Shown: positions 10,080-20,500 of the stretch, piece after piece
Layout: the number at the start of each line of letters is the position of its first letter
How positions within the stretch are numbered: position 1 is the stretch's first letter
NCBI GenBank assembly: GCA_963666515.2
Contig: OY762897.2
Coordinates: forward strand, 4,352,001 to 4,416,000
Length of the DNA: 64,000 nucleotides
Reading direction: 5' to 3'
DNA from: Candidatus Binatia bacterium
Lineage (GTDB): Bacteria; Desulfobacterota; Binatia; UBA9968; JAJDTQ01
Position numbers and translations under genes: made by a program
The notes under the pieces: model-generated
Told to the model about the DNA's origin: nothing
What the model saw: the letters and a program-made list of their open reading frames with translations, nothing else
Databases searched by the model: none

Positions 10080-10472
10080 CTATAGGTCCTTTGGGTTAGT
10101 CTGCCCGGTCGGCAATAGGCCGCTTGAGGTACGCTCAGGGTCTATAGACTTCTCCAGCTCTTTTGTATGGCCTTGCATGCTGCTCATATTCTTTCGGCGT
10201 AATATCCGCTCACCGATAGCCCATATCAAGAAGATTACAGTCGTAACCCATGGTAAGCCACGAGCCGACTTCACAAACGAAAGCGATGCCCATATACCTG
10301 TTTCTCTTCCCGCAAGGGCGTCGATCGACAGAAAGGCGCAATACGCAATGGCGACCCACATCACTGCCGAGATGAAGCGGTTGATAGTCCTGAATACCAG
10401 ACTCCAGATGTAAACCTTGTTGGGCTCCAGAGAAGTATCGCCCGCATCGCCTTCGCCGTCATGTTGTGGCAT
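10080..10472 (-). CDS. Hypothetical two-TM membrane protein (lower-GC cassette)
   Basis: 130-aa ORF, two hydrophobic helices, polar tail ...IDPERTSSGLLPTGQTNPKDL. Confidence 0.65.
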   Translation of the reverse strand: MPQHDGEGDAGDTSLEPNKVYIWSLVFRTINRFISAVMWVAIAYCAFLSIDALAGRETGIWASLSFVKSARGLPWVTTVIFLIWAIGERILRRKNMSSMQGHTKELEKSIDPERTSSGLLPTGQTNPKDL

Positions 10473-10705
10473 TGGCTACAACCTTGCGCTTCCAGCGGGT
10501 TCGGCGGGTCGGTGCTTCATGGCGTGTTTCCCTCCCCGTAAGCTTAGCAGGTAGCGCGATAAATTCCCGATTGTCAAGGCTCTGACATTTTTCAAACTGA
10601 GCCACTACCGGGCGAGACGAAAACCCCGCTCCTATATCTATAAATCGGCGGGATAACTCAATCCTAAAGCCCTGCCCTGAATTAAGTCAATGCCCGTAGA
10701 GCCGT

Positions 10706-10822
10706 CTCGGTGGCGGCGCTGAGGGAACGGGCGCGTCCCGGCAGCATCTGTCCAACCGATCTGGAGAAGATGCACGACTGCCCGCGAGAGCTTATCGTGT
10801 GCCGCAACGGTTGACCGTTCGC
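10706..10822 (+). pseudogene. Fragmented remnant of the M24 gene 3' half
   Basis: Three adjacent fragments matching 8863-8900 (35/38), 9020-9036 (16/17) and 9461-9522 (61/62). Confidence 0.85.
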
Positions 10823-10883
10823 AAGCTGTCTGGCCCGCGGTCCAGGCGTTGTCCCGCGCCGGTGGGGTTGCTATGATCGAAGC

Positions 10884-11168
10884 ATGGCCGAGGCTATCGC
10901 TTTCGACAGTCATCGCTTCGTCAAGCGCCTGACCGAGAGCGGCTTCACCGAGAAGCAGGCTGAGACCCTCGCCGAAGAGCACGTCGCCCTCCTCAACGCC
11001 AACCTCGCCACCAAGGCCGACATAGCCAGGGTCGAAGCCGGTATGGAAGCCCTGCGGCACGAAACCACCGCAGCCATCGAGGCAGTGAAGGCCGAGCTTG
11101 TGAAATGGCTGTTCGGTGCGTTGATCGCCCAGGGCGGCCTGATCGTCGCCCTCGTCAAATTTCTCTAG
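10884..11168 (+). CDS. DUF1640/CCDC90-like coiled-coil protein with C-terminal TM
   Basis: FDSHRFVKRLTESGFTEKQAE, LATKADI, C-terminal LVKWLFGALIAQGGLIVALVKFL. Confidence 0.8.
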   Translation: MAEAIAFDSHRFVKRLTESGFTEKQAETLAEEHVALLNANLATKADIARVEAGMEALRHETTAAIEAVKAELVKWLFGALIAQGGLIVALVKFL

Positions 11169-11204
11169 GCTCGCGCTTATGGCGCCAGCCGACCGTATCC
11201 CCCA

Positions 11205-11254
11205 CCGTTCGTCCTGAGCGTAGCTCCGTGCCAGCGGAGCGAAGTCGAAGGACG
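11205..11254. repeat. REP-like stem-loop
   Basis: CGTCCT...AGGACG outer stem with inner GCTCCG/CGGAGC stem. Confidence 0.5.
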
Positions 11255-11469
11255 CCATTTCATACCTGACCGGCCCAAGAAGTGTTTCAAAGTGAGAATC
11301 GCGTCTCGAAATGAGAAATTATTTCCTGTTACTGCAATTATTTTCCATAACTATTGAGAATATATGAAATAGATCGAGAATTTCTCCATATGGCAGATGC
11401 CGTCCTGTCGCGTTTTGCGACATATGGGGCGAATACGCTCGATTCAGGTCATCAGAAAAAGTCCATTAA

Positions 11470-11482
11470 TATTAAGAGGTTA
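11470..11482 (+). promoter_or_regulatory. Putative IHF site
   Basis: TATTAAGAGGTTA vs consensus WATCAANNNNTTR (1 mismatch), in an AT-rich tract just upstream of a sigma54 box. Confidence 0.45.
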
Positions 11483-11499
11483 TATGATTTGACGCTTGT

Positions 11500-11515
11500 T
11501 GGCACGGTGAGTGCT
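11500..11515 (+). promoter_or_regulatory. Putative sigma54 (-24/-12) promoter of the giant adhesin
   Basis: TGGCACGGTGAGTGCT vs TGGCACG-N4-TTGCW; correct GG-to-GC spacing, 1 mismatch. Confidence 0.65.
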
Positions 11516-11580
11516 CCATAGAAAGCGACGTTGCGTGGCGCTGACCCGCTACGCCGAGTCTGCTGAGAGAGGGCAAGCAC

Positions 11581-14500
11581 ATGACCGATTCCATCCAAGC
11601 GTTGACGACCGTTGCAAGCCGGAAGCGAGCATCCGCTTGCTGCTGCGACCCCGCAACCGCAACCCGGGGGAGCGCCCGCCTCCCGCGATGGGTGCTCGGG
11701 ATGCGTTTCCCGCGCATCGCCGTGGCCCTGTTCGCCGCTCTCGTGGCGATCGGTCTGACGGCAGTCCCTGCTGCGGCGCAGATCACCGTCAACCTGTCCA
11801 CGAGCGTGACGAGTTGGAACGAAGGGGCAGGGGCGACCCAGGTGACGGTGACGGTCAGTTCCGACTACAGCTTTATTGTGCCCATGGTGACGACGGTGTA
11901 CGTGGGCTACAACACCGACGGTGCTACGGAGGGCACCGACTATAACACGGTCAACAGCTTCGCGATCACGATCCCGGCAGACAATAATACCAAGAGCGCC
12001 ACGGGCACGTTCACGCTGACGCCGAAGCAGGACGCTCTGTTCGAGGGGGACGAGACGATCAAGGTCGGTGGCGTGACCAACCAGAGCGACATAAGCGTGA
12101 ACAGCACAAACATCACGCTGACCGACGATGATGTTCGGTTGACGGCGAGCGTGGCGAGCATGAACGAGGGGGACGCCGCGCGTACGGTAACGGTGACGGC
12201 CACTGCGGGCACTGCAACTTCGGCGAAACGGGGGATTGGAATCTACATCGGCGGCAACAACGACAGCGCCACCGAGGGAACCGACTACGCCACCGTAGCC
12301 GAACACACCATCAACATCGAGGCCAACCAGACCACCGGCTCGACGAGCTTCACCCTGACCCCGACCCAGGACAACTCGGCGGAAGGCGACGAGTCGCTCT
12401 CCATCACCGGATGGTTTGCGGGCGGCGGCTCGACGGTTGGAACCTCTATCGCCATCTACGACGACGACTACAGCCTGTCGGTGAACCCGTCGAGTCTGGA
12501 CGAGGATGCGGGGACGCGGCAGGTGACGGTGACGGCCTGCTGTGGTACGGCCGCGGGGGCGCGGAGCGTGCGGGTCAAGGTGGGCCAGAGCGGCGACTCC
12601 TTCAAGGAGGGCACGGACTACGAGACGGTTCGCGACTTCGACATCACGATTGCCGCCAATGCCACAAACGGCACGGGCACTTTCAACCTCGCGCTGCAGG
12701 ACGACGGCGTTTACGAGTTCACAAAAACGATCACGATCGCCGGCACCAGCTCGCACGGATCGGTCACGGGCACGAGCATATCCATCCACGATGACGACGC
12801 CGACCCCGCCGTCAGTCTGGAGTTGGCTGTGACGAGCGCGAGTGAGGCTGGCGGAGCGAAGACGGTGAAGGTGACCGCGTACAACCGCCTGGACACCTAC
12901 GACAGCTCGTGGGAAGTGGACGTGGAAGTGGGCAAGACCGGGGACAGCGCCACCGAGGGCACCGACTACGCGACGGTGGCCGACTTCACCATCAGATCCG
13001 CCAAACCCGGCGATACGTGGGCTTCAACGTCATTCACCCTGACCCCGACCAATGACACCGCAATCGAGGGAACCGAGAGAATCTCGGTGACAGGCACAAC
13101 GCTTATTGGAAACGCCAAAGTTGGAACCGCGTTCCTCAGCCTGACCGACGACGACGCGACTTCCATTGCCCTGTCGGCGAACAAGTCGAGCGTGAGCGAG
13201 GGCGCCTCGGCCACCACCGTGACCGTGACCGCGACCGCGGCCAAGAACCTGTCGGCGGCGGCGGCGGTGACGGTGTACGTGGGCGATTCCGGCACGGCCG
13301 ACTACGGCATCGACTACGCCAAGGTGTCGGACTTCACCATCAATATCGCCAGCGGCAGCAAGACCGGCACCGGCACCTTCACCCTGACGCCAACCGACGA
13401 TTCGGCGGTCGAAGGGAACGAGACCATCGGCATCGGGGGCTCCGTCACCGGCCACTCCCTGACCGGGACCAGCCTGACCCTGAGCGACAACGACACCCAT
13501 GCGATTACGCTGTCGGCGAGCCCGACCAGCGTGGCCGAGGACGCCTCCGCCACCTCGGTGACGGTGACGGCCACGGCGGCTTCGGCGATTTCGTCGGCGC
13601 GCACGGTGGCGGTGGCGGTGGGCGGCAGCGGCACGGCCACGTCGGGCACGGACTACGCCGCGGTGTCCAACTTCGACATCACCATCGCGGCCAACGCCAC
13701 CAGCGGCACGGGCACCTTCACCCTAACCCCGACCGACGACTCGTCGGTGGAAGGGGACGAGACCATCGGGATTGCGGGCAGCGGCACGAGCCTGACGGTG
13801 ACCGGCACCAGCCTGACCCTGAGCGAGGACGACACCTACGCGATTACGCTGTCGGCGAGCCCGACCAGCGTGGCCGAGAACGCTTCGGGCACCTCGGTGA
13901 CGGTGACGGCCACGGCGGGTTCGGCGATCTCGTCGGCGCGCACGGTGACGGTGGCGGTGGGCGGCAGCGGCGACGGCGCCACCGAGGGCACGGACTACGC
14001 CACGGTGAACGACTTCACCGTCACCATCGCGGCCAACGCCACGAGCGGCACCGGCACCTTCACCCTGACGCCGACCCAGGACACCTCGGCGGAGGGGGAC
14101 GAGACCGTCGGGATCACGGGCAGCGGCACGTTGATGACCGTGACCGGCACCAGCCTCGCGATCACCGACGACGACGTGCGGACCATCTCGCTCTCGTCCA
14201 ACAAGTCGACCGTGGCCGAAGGCGCCGGGGCGACGACGGTGACCGTGACCGCGACCGCCAACTCGGCAGTGACCGAGTCGACCACGGTGACGGTGTCCGT
14301 GGGCGACAGCGAAGACGGCGCCACCTCGGGCACGGACTACACGGCGGTCGACGACTTCACCGTCACCATCGCCAAGGACGCCACGACCGGCACCGGCACC
14401 TTCACGCTGACCCCCACCGACGACTCCACCTACGAGGCCGAGGAGTCGGTCTCGGTGAGCGGCAGCAGTTCGCCACACACGGTGACCGGCACGAGTCTCG

Positions 14501-17500
14501 CCATCGGCAACAACGACGGCATCGGCATCACGTTGTCGTTGAGTCCCACCAGCGTGGTCGAAGGCGCGGGATCGACCTCGGTGACGGTGACCGCTACCGC
14601 CACGAAGACGGCATTGGCGGCGATCACGCTGGACGTGCAGGTGGGCAAGACCACCGACAGCGCCACGGAGGGCACGGACTACCCGACGGTGAACGACTTC
14701 ACACTGACCATCGCCAAGGGCAGCAAGACCGGCACCGCCACCTTCAAGATCATCCCGAACGCCGACAAGAAGACCTCGGAAAGCAACGAGACGATCTCGG
14801 TGGACGGCACGGGCTCGCCGCACACGGTCACCGGCGCCAGCCTGACGCTGACCAACGCGACGGCCAGCAACCCGATCACCCTGTCGGTGAGTCCGTCGAG
14901 CTTGGGCGAAGCGGCCGGCGAGACCACGGTGACGGTGACCGCGCGCATGCAGACCTCCTTCAAAGGCGCCGGCGACGTGACCGTGACGGTGGGCGGTAGC
15001 GGCAGCGCGAAGTCGGGAACCGACTACGCCGCGGTGTCGGATATCGAGTTGAGCTTCTCCGCCGACAGCCCCACGACGGCGACCGGCACGTTCAAGCTGA
15101 CGCCGACCAACGACTCGCTGGTGGAGAGCAACGAAACGGTGTGGGTGGACGGCTCCTCCGACTACGGGCAGGTGGTGGGCGCCAGCGTGACGATCAACGA
15201 CAACGACGGGGCGGCGGTCACCCTGTCGGCGAACAAGACCAGCGTCAGCGAGGGGGCTTCCGCAACGTCCGTGACGGTGACGGCGACCGCCAGCGCGGCA
15301 AGTTCGAATGCGCGGACGGTGACGGTGGCGGTGGGCCAGAACGGCGACGGCGCCATCGAGGGAACGGACTACTCGGAGGTGTCGAATTTCGCCATCACGA
15401 TCGCGGCCAACAAGACGAGCGGCACGGGCACCTTCACCCTGACGCCCACGCAGGACGACGTGGTCGAAGGCAGCGAGAGCCTGACGATTTCCGGCAGCGG
15501 CTCGCAACTGAACGTCAGCAGCACCAGCATCTCCCTGACCGACGACGACACCGCGCCCGCCGTGAACCTGAGCGTGAGTCCGGCCAGCGTGACCGAAGGG
15601 GCCAGCGATCCCCTGAACCTGGAGGGCGGCGGCAAGACCGTGACGGTGACGGCGGCGTTCTCCCCCGCCAAGACCTACGCCTACGACCGGACCGTGGCGG
15701 TTTCGGTGGGCGGCAGCGGCAGCGCCACCTCGGGCACGGACTACGACGCGGTGTCGAACTTCAACGTCAAGATCAGCGCCGGCCAGAAGAGCGGTACGGC
15801 CACGTTCGACCTGAAGTCGACGGACGACAGCGACTACGAGGGCGACGAGACCATCGGCGTGGCCGGCACGTCCACCGGCCTGACGGTCAATTCGGTCAAC
15901 CTGACGCTGGCCGACAACGACAGCGCCGCGGTGACCGTGAACGACGCCAGCGCGGAAGAAGGCAGCAGCATGACCTTCACGGTAACGTTGGACAAAGCGG
16001 TGCAGGGCGGGCTGAAGGTGACGCCGAGCTATACCAACGTGACCGCTGCGGACGCCGATTACACGGCGAACACGACCGCGCTGACCTTCAGCGGCACGGC
16101 CAACGAGACCCATACCTTCACGGTATCGACCGTTGACGACGAAGTGGTTGAAGACACCGAGACCTTCACGGTGGGGTTGAGCGTTTCCGACGCGCCCTCC
16201 GGCGTGACGTCCACCGACACGGGCACGGGCACGATCAACCGGGTCGCCGGGAGCGGCGGCGACACCGCGGCCGTGACCATCAACGACGCCAGCGCGGAAG
16301 AAGGCAGCAGCATGACCTTCACGGTAACGTTGGACAAAGCGGTGCAGGGCGGGCTGAAGGTGACGCCGAGCTATACCAACGTGACCGCTGCGGACGGCGA
16401 CTACACGGCGAACACGGCCGCGCTGACGTTCACGGGCACGGCCAACGAGACCCGGACCTTCACGGTCTCGACCGTTGACGACGACGTGGTTGAAGACACC
16501 GAGACCTTCACGGTGGGGTTGAGCGTTTCCGACGCTCCCTCGGGCGTGACGTCCACCGACACGGGCACGGGCACGATCAACCGGGTCGCCGGGGGCGGCG
16601 GCGACAGCGCGACCGTGACCATCAACGACGCCAGCGCCGACGAGGGCAGCAGCATGACCTTCACGGTGACGCTGGACAAAGCTGTGCAGGGCGGCCTGAA
16701 GGTGACGCCGAGCTATACCAACGTGACCGCTGCGGACGGCGACTATACGGCGAACACGGCCGCGCTGACTTTCAGCGGCACGGCCAACGAGACCCGGACC
16801 TTCACGGTCTCGACCGTTGACGACGACGTGGTTGAAGACTCCGAGACCTTCACCGTGGGGTTGAGCGTTTCCGACGCTCCCTCGGGCGTGACGTCCACCG
16901 ACACGGGCACGGGCACGATCAACCGGGTCGCCGGGGGCGGCGGCGACAGCGCGACCGTGACCATCAACGACGCCAGCGCCGACGAGGGCAGCAGCATGAC
17001 CTTCACGGTAACGCTGGACAAAGCGGTGCAGGGCGGGCTGAAGGTGACGCCGAGCTATACCAACGTGACCGCTGCGGACGGCGACTATACGGCGAACACG
17101 ACCGCGCTGACCTTCAGCGGCACGGCCAACGAGACCCATACCTTCACGGTATCGACCGTTGACGACGAAGTGGTTGAAGACACCGAGACCTTCACGGTGG
17201 GGTTGAGCGTTTCCGACGCGCCCTCCGGCGTGACGTCCACCGACACGGGCACGGGCACGATCAACCGGGTCGCCGGGAGCGGCGGCGACACCGCGGCCGT
17301 GACCATCAACGACGCCAGCGCGGAAGAAGGCAGCAGCATGACCTTCACGGTAACGTTGGACAAAGCGGTGCAGGGCGGGCTGAAGGTGACGCCGAGCTAT
17401 ACCAACGTGACCGCTGCGGACGGCGACTACACGGCGAACACGGCCGCGCTGACGTTCACGGGCACGGCCAACGAGACCCGGACCTTCACGGTCTCGACCG

Positions 17501-20500
17501 TTGACGACGACGTGGTTGAAGACACCGAGACCTTCACGGTGGGGTTGAGCGTTTCCGACGCTCCCTCGGGCGTGACGTCCACCGACACGGGCACGGGCAC
17601 GATCAACCGGGTCGCCGGGGGCGGCGGCGACAGCGCGACCGTGACCATCAACGACGCCAGCGCCGACGAGGGCAGCAGCATGACCTTCACGGTGACGCTG
17701 GACAAAGCTGTGCAGGGCGGCCTGAAGGTGACGCCGAGCTATACCAACGTGACCGCTGCGGACGGCGACTATACGGCGAACACGGCCGCGCTGACTTTCA
17801 GCGGCACGGCCAACGAGACCCGGACCTTCACGGTCTCGACCGTTGACGACGACATGGTTGAAGACTCCGAGACCTTCACGGTGGGGTTGAGCGTTTCCGA
17901 CGCTCCCTCGGGCGTGACGTCCACCGACACGGGCACGGGCACGATCAACCGGGTCGCCGGGGGCGGCGGCGACAGCGCGACCGTGACCATCAACGACGCC
18001 AGCGCCGACGAGGGCAGCAGCATGACCTTCACGGTGACGCTGGACAAAGCTGTGCAGGGCGGCCTGACGGTGACGCCGAGCTTCACGGACGTGACGACGG
18101 ACAAGAGCACGGACTACACGGAGAACACGGCGGCGCTGACCTTCACCGGCACGGCCAACGAGACTCGGACCTTCACGGTCTCGACCATCGAAGACACGGC
18201 ACTGGAGGGCAACGAGACCTTCACGGTGGGGTTGAGCGTCTCGGGCGCGCCCTCCGGCGTGACGTCCGCCGACACGGGCACGGGGACGATCAACAACGAC
18301 GACGGCACGACGGTGACGCTGAGCGACGCGAACGCGGGCGAAGGCGAGTCCATGACCTTCACGGTGACGCTGTCCAAGGCTGTGCAGGGGGGTCTGACGG
18401 TGACGCCGTCGTACACGGACGTGACGGCGGTGGAGGGCACGGATTACGGCGCGAACACGACGGCGTTGACCTTCACGGGGACGGCGAACGAGAGCAGGAC
18501 GTTCACGGTCTCGACCACGGAGGACACAGTGGTGGAGGGGGACGAGACCTTCACGGTGGGGTTGAGCGTCTCGGGCGCGCCCTCCGGCGTGACGTCCACC
18601 GACACGGGCACGGGGACGATCAAGGACGACGACAGCACGGAGATCACCCTGACCGTGAATCCAGCGAGCGTGGATGAGAACGCCGGGGCGACGGCGGTGA
18701 CGGTGAAGGCTGCCACCGACGGGGACACGTTCAAGACCGCCCGCACGGTGACGGTGAGCGTGGGCGACAGCGCCGACAGCGCGGATTCGGGCACGGACTA
18801 CGCGGCAGTGAGCGATTTCACCATCACGATCACCGCCGGTCAGACCGGCGGGACGGGGACGTTCACGCTGACGCCGACGGACGACACGGAGATCGAGGGT
18901 GACGAGGCGATCACGGTAGCGGGCGCGTCCACCGGCCTGACGGTCAACGGGACCAGCGTGACTCTGGCGGACGACGATTTCGACATTTCGTCGGCGGCGA
19001 CCTTTGCGGACGCCGAGGCGGTGGAGGGGGAGCCCCTGACGTTCACGGTGACGCTGAACAACGGGGTGAAGAACGGGTTCGAGGTGACGCCGGTGATCAC
19101 CGGGGGGACGGCGACGTCGGGGCAGGACTACAAGACGGAGTTGAGTCCGTCGCTGCTGGTGTTCGCGGGCACGGCTGGGGAGCAGCAGACGTTCACGGTC
19201 ACGACCATCGACGACCGGGTGGTGGAGCACGAGGAGACGGTGACGGTGAGCTTCACGGTATCGGACACACGTGTGAGCGGGGTGCCGGATTCGGCGCTGG
19301 GATTGATCGTGGACAACGACGTGGCGAGGCTGAAGATAAGCAACGCTCGTGCGGAGGAGGGGGATTCACTGACGTTCACGATGACGTTGAGCAACACGGT
19401 ATCGGGAGGATTCAAGGCGCGGCCGGTTTTCATGGACGGGACCGCGGTTGAAGGATCGGACTACCAGGGGAACCGACCGACGCTGGAGTTTTCGGGGACG
19501 TCCGGAGAGAGCCGGTCGGTGACGGTTCCGAGCCTTGAGGACGGTGTTGTGGAGCCCGAGGAGTGGTTCAACATAGGGCTTTCGATATCGGGGGCGCCGG
19601 GGGGTTTGCGTGTAGGAGCTGGGGTTGGAGTGATCGAGGACGACGACGAGGCGGTTCTGACGGTATCGGATGCGCGTGGGGAGGAGGGAGAAGGGCTGGT
19701 ATTCACGGTGACGCTGGACAACGAGGTCCAGTCGGGCTTCACGGTGCGGCCGGTTTTCACGGACGGAAGCGCGGAGGAAGGGTCGGACTACCGGGAGAAC
19801 CGTCCGGCGTTGGAGTTTTCGGGGACGGCGGGAGAGAGCCATACGTTCGAGGTGTCGAGCCTTGAGGACGGTGTGGTGGAGTACGACGAGGACTTCACGG
19901 TGGGTCTGGATACGACGGAGGTTCCTGCCGGGGTCAAGGTTGTGAGCGGGGTAGGAGTGATCGAGGACGACGACGAGGCGGTGTTGACGGTTTCGGACGC
20001 GAGCGCGAAGGAGGGGGAAGCGCTGGTATTCACGGTGACGCTGGACAGTGCGGTTCAGTCGGGCTTCACGGTGCGGCCGGTGTTCACGGACGGGAGTGCG
20101 GAGGAAGGGGTGGACTACACGGAGAACCGTCCGGCGCTGGAGTTTTCGGGCGTGGCGGGAGAGAGCCGTACGTTCGAGGTCATGAGCCTTGAGGACGCGG
20201 TGGTGGAGTACAATGAGGAGTTCACGGTGAGTCTGGACCTGACGGAGGGGCCGGGGGGGTTGCAGACGGGGGCGGCGGGGACGGGGACGATCGAGGATGG
20301 GACGGAGACGGTGGTGAGGGTGTCGGACGCACGGGCGGAGGAGGGGGAGGACCTGGTTTTCACGGTGACGCTGGAGAATGCGGTGGTGGGGGGTGTGACG
20401 GTGACGCCGAGCTACGCGGACGGGACGGCGTTGGAGGGGACGGATTACACGGAGAACGTGGCGGCGCTGACGTTTGCGGGGACGGCGGGTGAGAGCCACG

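Noticed and set aside
9461-10822. 62-bp repeat pair as a DGR template/variable repeat
   Set aside because: Differences are synonymous and not adenine-specific, and there is no reverse transcriptase in the window.
15931-17982. Tandem array as CRISPR or another spacer array
   Set aside because: In-frame 342-bp coding repeats with no unique spacers and no cas genes.
13723-19230. 1835-aa antisense ORF and many short antisense ORFs over the adhesin
   Set aside because: Shadow frames of a repetitive high-GC gene; R/H/G-rich with no domain signal.
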